Shown: piece after piece, positions 53,659 through 64,000 of the stretch | Layout of the letters: each line of letters begins with the position of its first letter | Numbering within the stretch: the first letter of the stretch is position 1 | Source: Shigella phage ESh36 | Sequence record: ON528746 | Strand: one strand, 5' to 3' | Length of the DNA stretch: 64,000 nt | Translations under genes and position numbers: made by a program | Notes under the pieces: generated by a model | The model's input: only the letters and a program-made list of their open reading frames with translations | What the model was told of the DNA's origin: nothing | Database searches by the model: none

Positions 53659-54321
53659 ATGGCTGATTTAAAAGTAGGTTCAACTGTAGGTGGATCTGTC
53701 ATTTGGCATCAAGGAAATTTTCCATTGAATTCAGCCGGTGACGATGTACTCTACAAATCATTTAAAATATATTCAGAATATAATAAACCGCAGGCAGCTG
53801 ATAACGATTTCGTTTCTAAAGCTAATGGTGGTACTTACGCCGCGACTGTTCGATTTAATGGAGGAGTACATGTTCCTACTATAGGTAGTAGTCAACAGTG
53901 CGGTGTTTATCCAGGTAACGGTGATGCAGCTACCTTTGCTATGGCAAATATTGACATCGTTTCGTGGAATGGTATTGGTTTTAAATCATCACAAGGTTCA
54001 GCAGACCGAACTGTTGTAATTAACGCTCGTACCGGTGATATCAGCACTAAGGGCGGTTTTTATGCAACTGGTCCTGTCCGTTCTAACGCTACTGCTCCTA
54101 TAGCAGCGAATGACCTTACTAGAAAGGACTATGTTGATGGAGCAATAAATACTGTTACAGCAAATGCGAACTCTAGAGTGTTGCGTTCTGGTGACACTAT
54201 GACAGGTAATTTAACAGCGCCAAACTTTTTCTCACAGAATCCTGCATCTCAACCTTCACACGTTCCACGATTTGACCAAATCGTAATTAAGGATTCTGTT
54301 CAAGATTTCGGCTATTATTAA
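53659..54321 (+). CDS. 36: long tail fibre distal connector gp36
   Basis: 220 aa; late promoter at 53628-53635. Confidence 0.85.
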   Translation: MADLKVGSTVGGSVIWHQGNFPLNSAGDDVLYKSFKIYSEYNKPQAADNDFVSKANGGTYAATVRFNGGVHVPTIGSSQQCGVYPGNGDAATFAMANIDIVSWNGIGFKSSQGSADRTVVINARTGDISTKGGFYATGPVRSNATAPIAANDLTRKDYVDGAINTVTANANSRVLRSGDTMTGNLTAPNFFSQNPASQPSHVPRFDQIVIKDSVQDFGYY

Positions 54322-54329
54322 GAGGACTT

Positions 54330-57314
54330 ATGGCTACTTTAAAACAAATACAATTTAAAAGAAGCAAAACTGCAGGTCAACTTCCTGCTGCTTCAGTATT
54401 AGCCGAAGGTGAATTGGCTATTAATTTAAAAGATAAAACAATTTTCACAAAAGATGACTCAGGTAGTGTTATAGAATTAGGTTTAAAATATGGAGGAACT
54501 ATAAATGGGTCTTTAGAGGTTACAGAAAATATAACTGGAGCTTTAATTGGAAATTCTAGCACAGCTACTAAATTGCAAACACCTAGGAAAATTAATGGTA
54601 TATCTTTTGATGGGTCAAAGGACATTACCCTAACTCCATCTGACATAAATGTCAATAGCACAACATTTATAAAAAATAATGGTGAATTACCTACTGATGC
54701 TAATTTAGATACGTATGGGCCCATTGAAGAATATCTTGGTGTTTGGTCGAAATCTACTTCAACAAATGCGCAACCAGCAAATAAATTCCCAGAAGAAAAT
54801 GCCGTAGGTGTACTAGAAGTATTTGTGGCCGGCCAATTTGCTGGCACTCAGCGTTATACTGTAAGATCTGGTAACGTCTATATTCGTTCCTTATCTGCTA
54901 AATGGAATGGCGTCGATGGTCCATGGGGTGTGTGGCGTAATGTTCAAGCGTCAACTCGTCCACTTTCACAAACGATTGACCTTGATAGCTTGGGAGAATT
55001 AGAACATTGTGGCTTATGGCGAAACAGTTCAAGCGCAATCGCATCATTTGATCGCCATTATCCAGAAGAAGGATCAGCCGCACAAGGATTTTTAGAAATA
55101 TTTGAAGGTGGTTTATACACAAGAACGCAGCGTTATACTACCCGCATGGGTATGGTTTATACTCGTTGTCTCGCTGCTGCATGGGATGCTAGTGCACCTA
55201 AGTGGGAGGAATGGAAGCAGGTTGGTCATGGCACACCAGCGACTTTCTATGATGGAGATCTGAATGATTTTAAAACTCCTGGGTTATATAACATTTTAGG
55301 CACTGATGCCGTTATTAACTGTCCTACTGGTGAAGGTTTACCAGCCGTTATTGTTGGTTTGCTGGAAGTTAAACAGCGTGCTTCTGGCGGTGCTATTTTC
55401 CAAAAATTTACTACTGCCGGAACGGGTGAAACTACGCGATCTCGCGTGTTTGAACGTGCGATGACAAATAACATCTGGGGAAATTGGTACGAAGTATATA
55501 CGTCCTATTCTATGCCGATCACTCTGGGTATGGGTGGTATTAAAACTCAATTAGCGGAGCTAGATTGGCAAACATTTGATTTTGTTCCTGGTAGTATGTT
55601 TAGCGTTCCTTTGAACAAAATAAAGAACATGCCAGCAAATATGGATTGGGGGACGATTGACGGAAACCTGGTTATGTTTTCCGTTGGTCCTAGCGAACAC
55701 ACTAGCACAGGGCGTACTGTTCAGGTTTGGCGCGGTACTGTATCCCAGACAAACTACCGTTATTTTGTCGTTCGTGTGTTCGGTAATTCTGGAAATAGAA
55801 CTTGCACAGTCCGCCGTGTTGTTCTTGAAGATGGTCGCCACACATGGACAGCTCAACAAGATTTTAATGGTGCTGTTAACTTCGGTGCTCCTACCAATTT
55901 TAACTCTACTGTTAACCTTAATAACACTACCACATTTAAAACAGAAGTTAAATTCCGCTCATTGAATGCATTCCGTATGTATGGCGGAAAATTTGGTACA
56001 ATTTTCCGTAATGATGGAGAGAGTCTTTATATTCTTTCCACCGACGAAAATGATCAAGATGGAAACTTTAATACAAATAGACCTTTCCGTTATGAATTAA
56101 GAACTGGTGATGTTACTTTGGGTGGTACTAGTGGTGCTAACGTTTTAAAATTAAAACGCGATTCTCTCACCGCATTTTTTGGTGGTGATATTAATATAAA
56201 AGGCTTGATGACTTTTGATGCCGGACGTTTAGGATCACGAGATTATTTTAAATTTAACCATTGGGGTGATAGTAATAATGCGCGCGATAACATTATTCAG
56301 TTAGAAGACAGCAAAGGCGTTCATTTTTCCACTGAACGTACTTTAGCGACTGGTGCAATTAAAACTAAATTCTTTGGTGAAGTTGAATCCGAAGGTAGAT
56401 TGATTATTAAACGTCCGGGTGATTCTATTGTATTATCAACAACTGCTGGTAATGCTTTGCATATTCGCGGTGACATAGACGGGACTGGTAACTGGTATAT
56501 TGGCAAGGGTGGTGCTGATAATTCGCTAGCATTTTATAGCTATGCTACTCAGGCGGCAGTACATATCACAAACAATGGTGAGATTTCGCTAAATCCACAA
56601 AATATCGCAATGGTTAACGTTAACCGCGATCGTGTACACATTAACGGTTCTGGATGGATTGCTAGACAACCGGGTGATTGGGGCAACCAATGGCGAGTAG
56701 AAGCTCCATTATTCGTCGATCATGGTTATGTTTCACAGGATTGTTATTATCCAATTATTAAAGGAAAAAGTGTAATCACCAATCAAGGGTTTATAACTGC
56801 CGTCGATCTTGGTATTCGTCGTGTCCCTAACAATTGGGGGCAAGCAATTATTCGTGTTGGATCTGCAGAGGCATCGCCAGCGGCTGGACACCCTAACGCG
56901 GTATTTGAATTTCATTACGACGGTACTTTCTATTCTCCTGGTAATGGTAACTTTAACGATGTGTATATTCGTTCCGATGGTCGTCTTAAGATTAATAAAA
57001 AAGAGCTAGAAAACGGAGCACTTGAAAAAGTATGCCGACTGAAAGTTTATATTTACGATAAGGTTAAGTCTATTAAAGACCGTAGTGTTATTAAACGCGA
57101 AGTTGGTATTATTGCTCAGGACCTTGAAAAGGAATTACCGGAAGCTGTGTCTAAAGTTGAAGTTGATGGTTCTGATGTTCTGACAATTTCTAACTCCGCT
57201 GTGAATGCTCTTTTAATTAAGGCTATCCAAGAAATGAGCGAAGAAATTAAAGAATTAAAAACGCCTTTCTTCACTAAAATTGCTCGCAAAATTAGTAATT
57301 ATTTTAAATTCTAA
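54330..57314 (+). CDS. 37: long tail fibre distal subunit gp37 with C-terminal intramolecular chaperone domain
   Basis: 994 aa; N-terminus [33 protein letters not shown]; C-terminal ~110 aa ([18 protein letters not shown]...[19 protein letters not shown]) resembles self-cleaving chaperone domains of tailspike/endosialidase proteins. Confidence 0.9.
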   Translation: MATLKQIQFKRSKTAGQLPAASVLAEGELAINLKDKTIFTKDDSGSVIELGLKYGGTINGSLEVTENITGALIGNSSTATKLQTPRKINGISFDGSKDITLTPSDINVNSTTFIKNNGELPTDANLDTYGPIEEYLGVWSKSTSTNAQPANKFPEENAVGVLEVFVAGQFAGTQRYTVRSGNVYIRSLSAKWNGVDGPWGVWRNVQASTRPLSQTIDLDSLGELEHCGLWRNSSSAIASFDRHYPEEGSAAQGFLEIFEGGLYTRTQRYTTRMGMVYTRCLAAAWDASAPKWEEWKQVGHGTPATFYDGDLNDFKTPGLYNILGTDAVINCPTGEGLPAVIVGLLEVKQRASGGAIFQKFTTAGTGETTRSRVFERAMTNNIWGNWYEVYTSYSMPITLGMGGIKTQLAELDWQTFDFVPGSMFSVPLNKIKNMPANMDWGTIDGNLVMFSVGPSEHTSTGRTVQVWRGTVSQTNYRYFVVRVFGNSGNRTCTVRRVVLEDGRHTWTAQQDFNGAVNFGAPTNFNSTVNLNNTTTFKTEVKFRSLNAFRMYGGKFGTIFRNDGESLYILSTDENDQDGNFNTNRPFRYELRTGDVTLGGTSGANVLKLKRDSLTAFFGGDINIKGLMTFDAGRLGSRDYFKFNHWGDSNNARDNIIQLEDSKGVHFSTERTLATGAIKTKFFGEVESEGRLIIKRPGDSIVLSTTAGNALHIRGDIDGTGNWYIGKGGADNSLAFYSYATQAAVHITNNGEISLNPQNIAMVNVNRDRVHINGSGWIARQPGDWGNQWRVEAPLFVDHGYVSQDCYYPIIKGKSVITNQGFITAVDLGIRRVPNNWGQAIIRVGSAEASPAAGHPNAVFEFHYDGTFYSPGNGNFNDVYIRSDGRLKINKKELENGALEKVCRLKVYIYDKVKSIKDRSVIKREVGIIAQDLEKELPEAVSKVEVDGSDVLTISNSAVNALLIKAIQEMSEEIKELKTPFFTKIARKISNYFKF

Positions 57315-57320
57315 CAACAA

Positions 57321-57337
57321 GGGGCTTTGCCCCCTTT
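57321..57337 (+). terminator. weak stem-loop between genes 37 and 38
   Basis: GGGGC-TTTG-CCCC then TTT, immediately before the gene 38 GGAG ribosome-binding site. Confidence 0.4.
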
Positions 57338-57347
57338 GGAGATAATT

Positions 57348-58148
57348 ATGGCAGTAGTTGGTGTTCCCGGTTGGATTGGAAGTTCATCCGTAAATGAAAC
57401 GGGTCAGCGCTGGATGAGTCAAGCGGCTGGTCAATTAAGATTGGGTGTTCCTTGCTGGATGAGTCAATTTGCAGGTCGCTCACGAGAAATTATTCATACC
57501 GTAACAGCAAACCATAACTTTAATGGTCAATGGTTCCGCGACCGTTGCTTTGAAGCTGGCGGTGCACCCATTGTATTCAATATTGTTGGTGATATCGTTT
57601 CTTATTCTAAAGATGTGCCACTTTTCTTTATGTATGGGGATACGCCTAATGAATATGTTGTTCTTAATATTCATGGTGGTGTTCATATGTGGGGTCGTGG
57701 TGGTAATGGTGGATACACTCACTCAGGAGGCGACGGTAACGGTACACAAGGCGGTCATGTTATTCAAAATGATATCGGTGGACGGCTTCGTATTTGGAAC
57801 TACGGTGTTATAGCTGCTGGCGGTGGCGGTGGCGGTGGTATTGCATATCGTCCACACTCAGGGGCAAACTGGCAAGATATCGGCGGCGGCGGCGGTCGAC
57901 CTTTCGGTGGTGCTGGCGGCGGCCGTTATTCCGGTGGTGCTGCTTCGTATGAAGGTCCGGGTGGTGGTTATGACTATGGTAACGCACACTCCGGCGCAGG
58001 TGGTAATGCTGGTGCTGCTGGTCAGAATGCATGGTCTGACGGCGGTAAAGTTCTTAAAGTTGGTGTTGGTGGTGCGTCTGGTCATGCAGTGTTTGGATCT
58101 TCTCCAACTTGGGGTGCTGTTGGAACAATTTACGGACCAAGAGTATAA
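57348..58148 (+). CDS. 38: gp38 receptor-recognising adhesin (T2 type, glycine-rich motifs)
   Basis: 266 aa from ATG at 57348 ([50 protein letters not shown]); poly-Gly motifs (GGGGGGG, GGGGG) separating variable segments; unlike the T4 gp38 chaperone. Confidence 0.85.
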   Translation: MAVVGVPGWIGSSSVNETGQRWMSQAAGQLRLGVPCWMSQFAGRSREIIHTVTANHNFNGQWFRDRCFEAGGAPIVFNIVGDIVSYSKDVPLFFMYGDTPNEYVVLNIHGGVHMWGRGGNGGYTHSGGDGNGTQGGHVIQNDIGGRLRIWNYGVIAAGGGGGGGIAYRPHSGANWQDIGGGGGRPFGGAGGGRYSGGAASYEGPGGGYDYGNAHSGAGGNAGAAGQNAWSDGGKVLKVGVGGASGHAVFGSSPTWGAVGTIYGPRV

Positions 58149-58178
58149 TTTGAATAAATATCCTTAAAAGGAGGGTCT

Positions 58179-58835
58179 ATGGCAGCACCTAGAATATCAT
58201 TTTCGCCCTCTGATATTCTGTTGGGTGTTCTAGATCGCTTGTTCAAAGATAACGCTACCGGGAAGGTTCTTGCTTCCCGGGTAGCTGTCGTAATTCTTTT
58301 GTTTATAATGGCGATTGTTTGGTATAGGGGAGATAGTTTCTTTGAGTACTATAAGCAATCAAAGTATGAAACATACAGTGAAATTATTGAAAAGGAAAGA
58401 AATGCACGCTTTGAATCTGTCGCCCTGGAACAACTCCAGATAGTTCATATATCATCTGAGGCAGACTTTAGTGCGGTGTATTCTTTCCGCCCTAAAAACT
58501 TAAACTATTTTGTTGATATTATAGCATATGAAGGAAAATTACCTTCAACAATAAGTGAAAAATCGCTTGGAGGATATCCTGTTGATAAAACTATGGATGA
58601 ATATGCAGTTCATTTAAATGGACGTCATTATTATTCCAACTCAAAATTTGCTTTTTTACCGACTAAAAAGCCTACTCCCGAAATAAATTACATGTACAGT
58701 TGTCCATATTTCAATTTGGATAATATCTATGCTGGAACAATAACCATGTACTGGTATAGAAATGATCATATAAGTAATGACCGCCTTGAATCAATATGTG
58801 CTCAGGCGGCCAGAATATTAGGAAGGGCTAAATAA
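58179..58835 (+). CDS. t: holin T
   Basis: 218 aa; single N-terminal TM (VAVVILLFIMAIVWY) and large periplasmic domain; T4 t length and position after 38. Confidence 0.9.
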   Translation: MAAPRISFSPSDILLGVLDRLFKDNATGKVLASRVAVVILLFIMAIVWYRGDSFFEYYKQSKYETYSEIIEKERNARFESVALEQLQIVHISSEADFSAVYSFRPKNLNYFVDIIAYEGKLPSTISEKSLGGYPVDKTMDEYAVHLNGRHYYSNSKFAFLPTKKPTPEINYMYSCPYFNLDNIYAGTITMYWYRNDHISNDRLESICAQAARILGRAK

Positions 58836-59108
58836 TTATTTGTTCGTATACATCTCTAGATATCGATATACACCCTCAAAACCCTCGTTGAATTCGTCGA
58901 TGAGGGTTTTCTTATCTTCTTGAGTTAATTCAGAAACAATTTTACGGAATGAATTCTGATTTAACTTTCTACCTTCATGCGTTACTCCAATCTCAGTCAG
59001 AAATGCAATAAAATTAGCACGATTCTCAACAATATCTTCTCGGGAAAATTTAATCAAAATAGACGCAACAGTAATAATTTCACGAACTGTATCAATATTT
59101 TTATTCAT
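58836..59108 (-). CDS. asiA: AsiA anti-sigma70 factor
   Basis: 90 aa; MNKNIDTVREIITVASILIKFSREDIVENRANFIAFLTEIGVTHEGRKLNQNSFRKIV. Confidence 0.9.
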   Translation of the reverse strand: MNKNIDTVREIITVASILIKFSREDIVENRANFIAFLTEIGVTHEGRKLNQNSFRKIVSELTQEDKKTLIDEFNEGFEGVYRYLEMYTNK

Positions 59109-59114
59109 TAACTA

Positions 59115-59273
59115 TACCACTCAATTAGTTGACTTTACTATAATATCATCAGACGCTTGATTTGTAAACTGGTCTGTGGTATTTTCTTCAAAAATTTTTT
59201 CTACGAATTCCTTGAACGACTTACGTTCCTGAGCTGCATTATGCTCGATTACCTTTTCAAGATTATGACTCAT
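59115..59273 (-). CDS. small protein (asiA.1 position)
   Basis: 52-codon ORF MSHNLEKVIEHNAAQERKSFKEFVEKIFEEN...; ATG overlaps the upstream stop (ATGA); below track cutoff. Confidence 0.4.
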
Positions 59274-59548
59274 TCGAAATAATCTTCAATTTCATAATCA
59301 TGGACATAAATCATTATAGTTTTTAATACATCATCAATACTTTTTCCTGGAGCTGGAATTACGTAAAAATATCCCGCCTTTGAATTATCTTTATAAGTTC
59401 CAACCAAGAAATCATTATTCTCGAGATGTAGTTCTTCAACTAATTCATTAACAATTGAGTGGTATAAATTTGGTAGTAACTTGTATAGCTTTTCTAGAAT
59501 ATCAATTTTGATTGTGTATTGAACCACAGACTGAGAATCAATAATCAT
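59270..59548 (-). CDS. arn: probable Arn (anti-restriction nuclease, McrBC inhibitor)
   Basis: 92 aa acidic ORF between asiA and motA; length and position match T4 arn; assignment is positional. Confidence 0.6.
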   Translation of the reverse strand: MIIDSQSVVQYTIKIDILEKLYKLLPNLYHSIVNELVEELHLENNDFLVGTYKDNSKAGYFYVIPAPGKSIDDVLKTIMIYVHDYEIEDYFE

Positions 59549-59631
59549 AGACCTTCCCCTTATGTTTCTGTTTGCGATTAGATTCTTTAAACGCTTTCTT
59601 CTTATCCTTATGGACAGAAGCTTTATTAAAA

Positions 59632-59850
59632 TTATGTTTTGCGACTAAATTGTTCATAGTGCTGAATTACCTCTCTTAAACATTTGCATGTGAATGAAAA
59701 CTTTTTAGCTACACCACATTCAAATATATGTTCTCTTAAATCGCGTGTGTCAGTATATCCCATCTCAACGATAAAATGTCTTATTAAATTTTTATCTTTA
59801 TCATTGAGAGAATTAAAATAATCGGATTTTGAATTAATTTCCCTGGCCAA
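59632..59850 (-). CDS. hypothetical protein
   Basis: 72 aa ORF. Confidence 0.45.
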   Translation of the reverse strand: MAREINSKSDYFNSLNDKDKNLIRHFIVEMGYTDTRDLREHIFECGVAKKFSFTCKCLREVIQHYEQFSRKT

Positions 59851-60130
59851 ATTGAATAACCTTTAGTTGACGTTTTAGTTCTTTTATCATTTCTTCGTTC
59901 ATCGCAATATAAAGATCGCGTAAAGCAGGTTTTAGCATTCCATTTACTGGAGAACTAAATGGGCACACATAATCTTTTCCTACGAGCTTTTTAGTTAATT
60001 CCATGTCACAGAACTGAAATGCCGGTTCATTGGCATAAATTCCCCAATTAGTTGACATCATTTTATTGGCATATTCTAGTGCCTGGATTTGATTCTTAAT
60101 TCCATCAATTTGAAACTTTTTAATATTCAT
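59834..60130 (-). CDS. hypothetical protein
   Basis: 98 aa ORF. Confidence 0.45.
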   Translation of the reverse strand: MNIKKFQIDGIKNQIQALEYANKMMSTNWGIYANEPAFQFCDMELTKKLVGKDYVCPFSSPVNGMLKPALRDLYIAMNEEMIKELKRQLKVIQFGQGN

Positions 60131-60591
60131 TAGTAAAGGTCCTCAGAGTAAAGTTCTTTTTCACTACCACCGCGTTCAATACGTACTTGTCCGGCGTAAG
60201 TTGCAATAATCATTGCTTCTTCACGTGTCCAATAATTACTATATTGGTCAATAAACCCTTGGTCATCATCACAAACTTGTTGAGTAACTAATTGAGGTTT
60301 AACTACATCTAAAACTTCTGCCATATCTTTAGAATAATGACGAGCACCCGGAATAACAAGAGTTCGTCCATCTTTTAATTTAAAACGGTTGGCTGCGCAA
60401 ACAATTCGTCGTTGATATTTTTGGTTTTCGTCCCAATACGCAGTCTGCCAACAGATTTCAGGAACTTCTGTAAGAATATCTTCTTCTGTGCATTTATAAC
60501 CATGCGCTTTAAATTTTTCAACAAGACTTTCTGGAGTTTCACGAGATAAAGGCACATTCAGCATTTTTAAACGATTAATAAATGGGTTCAT
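60130..60591 (-). CDS. hypothetical protein
   Basis: 153 aa ORF. Confidence 0.5.
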   Translation of the reverse strand: MNPFINRLKMLNVPLSRETPESLVEKFKAHGYKCTEEDILTEVPEICWQTAYWDENQKYQRRIVCAANRFKLKDGRTLVIPGARHYSKDMAEVLDVVKPQLVTQQVCDDDQGFIDQYSNYWTREEAMIIATYAGQVRIERGGSEKELYSEDLY

Positions 60592-60917
60592 TTAAACCAT
60601 CCTTTAATACGCTGCCACAAATTTTTCTGTTGAGCTTTATTAACACCAATTGAGCGAATAACTGGTTGAGATTCCTGGAATTCTTTATAATCAGCAAGGT
60701 AAATTTCGTAAGCTGCATCCGTAAATGAACTTATCGCCGCCATAAAATTATTGCGAATACCTACTGGAGCATCTTTACTTTCACGAATAATCATGTATTT
60801 ACCAGTCTTAATCTTTACGATAGTTCCAAGATAAGCTCCATGGTACCAGATGTCCCACCCCTCTTGAGTGGGTTCTGCACAACGACGAAGTTCATTAACA
60901 ATTTCTAACTTGTTCAT
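60588..60917 (-). CDS. hypothetical protein (motA.1 position)
   Basis: 109 aa ORF immediately downstream of motA. Confidence 0.5.
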   Translation of the reverse strand: MNKLEIVNELRRCAEPTQEGWDIWYHGAYLGTIVKIKTGKYMIIRESKDAPVGIRNNFMAAISSFTDAAYEIYLADYKEFQESQPVIRSIGVNKAQQKNLWQRIKGWFK

Positions 60918-60927
60918 TATTTATTCC

Positions 60928-61563
60928 TCACAGTTCAGATGCTACGGTGATTACTGCTTCAATGTTTTCTGCCGAGCGTTTAATGTCAAGATACACATTA
61001 CCGTTTTTAGCGATTTTACATGACATTCCGATATCAGTAAATTTCTGAATATGGTGTTCCATCATTTTGTATCCAAAAATTCGCATATTTCCATTGTTGT
61101 TAATTTCAAAATTGCGAATTCCGTGAGTGCGTTTTTCTAAAATAGCAAGATAATTACTGCGGTAAGTTTCAACCTTTTTAAGAATAAATCCATTTTCATC
61201 TAAAAGTTTTAACATGAAGTCTTTATCTTCTTCCATATCGGAAGTAATCTCACGAGCTTTACGAGTTGCTCGTTTTTTCAGCAGTTCAGGAGCATTTTCC
61301 TGTGCATATAAAGTTGCCGCATTTGAAATAATATCCTGAGCTTCACCAGTAATGATTAATCCATCACCAGATTTCTCTACCAGGCCTTTTTTAATCAATA
61401 CCCCAATATTACTATTAACTACTGCATTACCTAAATCTGGATGCACCTCACGAACTTCTGCAGCTGTAATGAAATCTTTCTTAGCAATGGTAATTAAAAT
61501 CGCAGCAGTTTTTTCATTCAGAACATCGTTAGAAGCTTTGATGATGTAAGTTACTTTAGACAT
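60928..61563 (-). CDS. motA: MotA middle-transcription activator
   Basis: 211 aa; MSKVTYIIKASNDVLNEKTAAILITIAKKDFITAAEVREVHPDLG...; early promoter upstream. Confidence 0.9.
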   Translation of the reverse strand: MSKVTYIIKASNDVLNEKTAAILITIAKKDFITAAEVREVHPDLGNAVVNSNIGVLIKKGLVEKSGDGLIITGEAQDIISNAATLYAQENAPELLKKRATRKAREITSDMEEDKDFMLKLLDENGFILKKVETYRSNYLAILEKRTHGIRNFEINNNGNMRIFGYKMMEHHIQKFTDIGMSCKIAKNGNVYLDIKRSAENIEAVITVASEL

Positions 61564-61604
61564 TTTCTAATCTCCGTAATTCTGTATCAGTAGTTGATAG
61601 TTGT

Positions 61605-61634
61605 ATAGTACCACAGTATGCTTTGGTTGTAAAC
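61605..61634 (-). promoter_or_regulatory. early promoter for motA
   Basis: Minus strand GTTTAC-N18-TACTAT with the same A/T-rich upstream element as the promoter at 45228-45257. Confidence 0.6.
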
Positions 61635-61649
61635 CGTTTTGTGAAAAAT

Positions 61650-61683
61650 TTTTGAAATAAAAAGGGAGAGCCTCGGCTCTCCC
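61650..61683 (-). terminator. rho-independent terminator after gene 52 and the small membrane ORF
   Basis: GGGAGAGC-CGAG-GCTCTCCC on minus strand followed by TTTTTATTTC. Confidence 0.75.
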
Positions 61684-61688
61684 TAAAA

Positions 61689-61838
61689 TTACTGCATGAC
61701 TGTGATAACTGTCATGATAACGCGTTGAATTCCGAACGCAAGAAGACCTCCTGCTACGGCTGGAACAACACCTAAACCCGCCAGTAAAATGCCACCAGAT
61801 ACTAATGCAGCGCTTGTAATACCAATGAATGGACTCAT
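61689..61838 (-). CDS. small hydrophobic membrane peptide
   Basis: 49-codon ORF MSPFIGITSAALVSGGILLAGLGVVPAVAGGLLAFGIQRVIMTVITVMQ; ATG overlaps gene 52 stop (ATGA); terminator follows; below track cutoff. Confidence 0.4.
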   Translation of the reverse strand: MSPFIGITSAALVSGGILLAGLGVVPAVAGGLLAFGIQRVIMTVITVMQ

Positions 61839-63163
61839 TTGATTTCCTCTAAATCTTTAGTATATTCGGTAACTACATCAGTAGTTTTCCAATATTCGTT
61901 TTCTTCTTTTTTAGCTTTAGCTTCTTCAGCAAGTTTCTTTGCTTCGTCGGAAGTCATATGAAAAATGTTCATTCCAACTAGTTTATCAACATAAGAAGAA
62001 TACATATCAATTTTAGAAAGTTCTTCGGTCAGTTCTTTACGAGTTTTACCTTGAACAACAATTTCACCTGAAATTACTTTCTTAATGAAATGTGCCTTGG
62101 CAAAAGCTAAACGAAAAGCTGACTCGGTTTCTTTAATTTTATTATCAATTCGTTTTTGGACATAAGTTTTACGAACTTCAACAAAGTCTTTGATTAAATC
62201 AACTACGTTATCGTAAACTTGTAGCTTTCCTTTCTCATTAATAACCGTAATATTCTGAGAACGACGCTCAATCAACCCGAAGTCTTTCATAATTTTTGCA
62301 TGGCGTTCTTCTTCATTATCGCTCAAAGAATATTCTTTACGGAATTTAACTTTAAAGCCAAAACCATGCTCACCACAAGCATCATCCCATGTAATGAAGC
62401 CTTTATCTTCAAGCGGGTCTAAGATTTTACTCACATAAGTTTCACGATCATACTTATACGGAATCTCAGTGATGTGCATTTGAGTTCGTGAAGTAAACTT
62501 ATATGTTCCACGAATTTCATATTGCCCATCAATTTCAACGACTTCACCACGAAATTCTGGGAATTCTACCTTCGGTTTAGTTACTTTCTTTCCTTGAAGA
62601 GCTTGTAGTACAGCTTTCTTGACAGAAGAAACACTATGAGGAAGAATGTAAGTTGCATAACCAGTTGCAATACCGGAAACGCCATTAAGAAGAACAGTAG
62701 GAATAACAGGCAAATAGAAAGCAGGCGGAATGTGTTCTTTATCTTGATGTACCGGAGCATATTCAGTATCTTTATATACGTTATAGAAATTTTTACTTAC
62801 ACGAGCAAAAATATAACGACTTGCCGCTGCTTTTTGAACGGTACGAGAACCAAAGTTTCCTTGACCATCTAACAAAGGAAAGTTATTATTCCAAGTATTA
62901 GCCATCAAAGCCCCAGCATCTTGTGCAGAGTTTTCACCATGATGATATCCAAGGTCTGCTACACCGCCTGCGATAGAAGCGAGTTTGTGAAACTTATCTT
63001 TATTTCCTCGTGCCAAATCAAGAGCTCGAGCAATAACAAATCGTTGAACTGGCTTAAATCCATCAATCATATTTGGAATGGCACGATTTTCAACCGTGTA
63101 CATAGCATAAGCCAGTGCTTCATTATCAATGATACTTTTTAAATCGCGATTATTCAGTTGCAT
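61835..63163 (-). CDS. 52: DNA topoisomerase II medium subunit gp52
   Basis: 442 aa; GyrA/ParC-like N-terminus (AIPNMIDGFKPVQRFV). Confidence 0.9.
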   Translation of the reverse strand: MQLNNRDLKSIIDNEALAYAMYTVENRAIPNMIDGFKPVQRFVIARALDLARGNKDKFHKLASIAGGVADLGYHHGENSAQDAGALMANTWNNNFPLLDGQGNFGSRTVQKAAASRYIFARVSKNFYNVYKDTEYAPVHQDKEHIPPAFYLPVIPTVLLNGVSGIATGYATYILPHSVSSVKKAVLQALQGKKVTKPKVEFPEFRGEVVEIDGQYEIRGTYKFTSRTQMHITEIPYKYDRETYVSKILDPLEDKGFITWDDACGEHGFGFKVKFRKEYSLSDNEEERHAKIMKDFGLIERRSQNITVINEKGKLQVYDNVVDLIKDFVEVRKTYVQKRIDNKIKETESAFRLAFAKAHFIKKVISGEIVVQGKTRKELTEELSKIDMYSSYVDKLVGMNIFHMTSDEAKKLAEEAKAKKEENEYWKTTDVVTEYTKDLEEIK

Positions 63164-63167
63164 AAAT

Positions 63168-63308
63168 TTACCATACTAGTGAATGTAGTGCCATAATAAC
63201 ATCAGAAATGAAAAGCACGACTTGAATTAATCCGAACATTACGCCATAATATAGTGCTACTAATAAAGTAGCAAGGGCTAATGAATAGCCCAAGATTTTC
63301 TTAATCAT
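63168..63308 (-). CDS. small hydrophobic membrane peptide (52.1 position)
   Basis: 46-codon ORF MIKKILGYSLALATLLVALYYGVMFGLIQVVLFISDVIMALHSLVW; below track cutoff. Confidence 0.4.
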   Translation of the reverse strand: MIKKILGYSLALATLLVALYYGVMFGLIQVVLFISDVIMALHSLVW

Positions 63309-63459
63309 TAGTAGATAACAACACAAATGTTAAATATGCACACATACCCTGGGCTAAAGCTTGTGAAAACACACTGCTAGCATCGATACAGATAGTTAAA
63401 ACACATGCTACTATCCAACAAATAAATGAAATAACTCCTAATAATTTTGCGATATTCAT
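63301..63459 (-). CDS. ac: Ac (acridine sensitivity) small membrane protein
   Basis: 52-codon hydrophobic ORF MNIAKLLGVISFICWIVACVLTICIDASSVFSQALAQGMCAYLTFVLLSTND between stp and 52. Confidence 0.55.
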   Translation of the reverse strand: MNIAKLLGVISFICWIVACVLTICIDASSVFSQALAQGMCAYLTFVLLSTND

Positions 63460-63466
63460 ATTTTCC

Positions 63467-63547
63467 TCACTGGCGTCCGAAGACGCCTTTGGTTTTAAGA
63501 TTGTTACGATAGAACTGCATCACATGTTCGTTGTGGAAATTACTCAT
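63467..63547 (-). CDS. stp: Stp peptide (modulator of host restriction / anticodon nuclease)
   Basis: 26-codon [29 protein letters not shown]; ATG overlaps upstream stop (TAATG). Confidence 0.7.
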
Positions 63548-64000
63548 TAATATGCCTGCAAAACAAATTTAAAGTTATCAGCTAACATACGGTTCATTTC
63601 TTCAAGTGTTTGATACTCAGAATGATGATTACGAGTAAACGCCAAAGCTAACTGACCTTTTCCAAATCCTGTCGTCAAAGGTTTCATCTTAGAAGCAGGA
63701 AGATAAAATACTGTGTATGGAACATTGTTATTTGCAATAGTACGCGCAAGCTGAGACCGACGCTGACGAATATGACTTAGAACTGCACTGAACCCTTGCT
63801 TAGAACGCTGATTACCTACATAAAATCGTGCAGATACGCATGGACTACTAAATGGACCACCAAATTTGCTCACTAAAAAGTAAAATCCAGGGTTAGACAA
63901 AATGTCTTTATGCGGAGTTCCAAAAACCCATTCACCGCCCTTGATTGTACCAATAACAGTAGCACCTGCATTATTCAGATCAGTAACAGTCATGTATTTC
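63547..64000 (-). CDS. ndd: probable Ndd nucleoid-disruption protein (5' end may lie outside window)
   Basis: 148+ aa ORF upstream of stp, matching T4 ndd position and approximate size; assignment is positional. Confidence 0.45.

Noticed and set aside
57808-58085. His/Arg/Thr-rich ORFs antisense to and overlapping the gp38 glycine-rich region (57808-58032, 57858-58085, 57823-58167)
   Set aside because: Artefacts of the GGN-repeat coding sequence of gp38 read in other frames
58149-58178. Late promoter upstream of holin t (AATAAATA)
   Set aside because: Sequence is GAATAAATA, not the canonical TATAAATA; not called

Overview
This 64 kb window is a contiguous segment of a T4-like (T-even, Tevenvirinae) myovirus genome, collinear with the T4 map. 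Late structural genes are on the + strand: prohead core and capsid genes 68(partial)-21-22-23-24, segE-uvsW, baseplate genes 51-27-28-29-48-54, long tail fibre genes 34-35-36-37-38 and holin t. Early and middle genes are on the - strand: rnlB, hoc, inh, uvsY, 25, 26, then alt-30-rIII-31-cd-pseT-spanins-alc-rnlA-denA-nrdB(intron)-nrdA-td-frd-32-59-33-dsbA-rnh, and asiA-arn-motA-52-ac-stp-ndd. Regulatory signals are readable directly: late promoters (TATAAATA), early promoters (GTTTAC-N18-TAnTAT), a MotA-box middle promoter, GC-rich tetraloop terminators and the gene 32 pseudoknot operator. The phage is not T4 itself. As far as I recall the T4 reference, it differs by: no segD between 23 and 24; an HNH endonuclease ORF after uvsW; a Hoc with five rather than three Ig-like domains; a 544-codon modular nuclease-like ORF at the nrdA-nrdB junction; an intron-less td; an extra ORF between frd and td; no segG between 32 and 59; and a T2-type gp37 C-terminus with a gp38 adhesin. 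The candidates most worth follow-up are the 544-codon ORF, the frd-td insertion, the HNH ORF after uvsW, and a 354 bp GC-richer ORF-free tract between rIII and the 30.x cluster. Everything here comes from reading the sequence and ORF translations against remembered T4 proteins and gene order; no database search or RNA folding was run, and hairpin, promoter and splice-site coordinates are hand-indexed and may be off by a few nt. I found no CRISPR array, rRNA, convincing tRNA, integrase or transposase.
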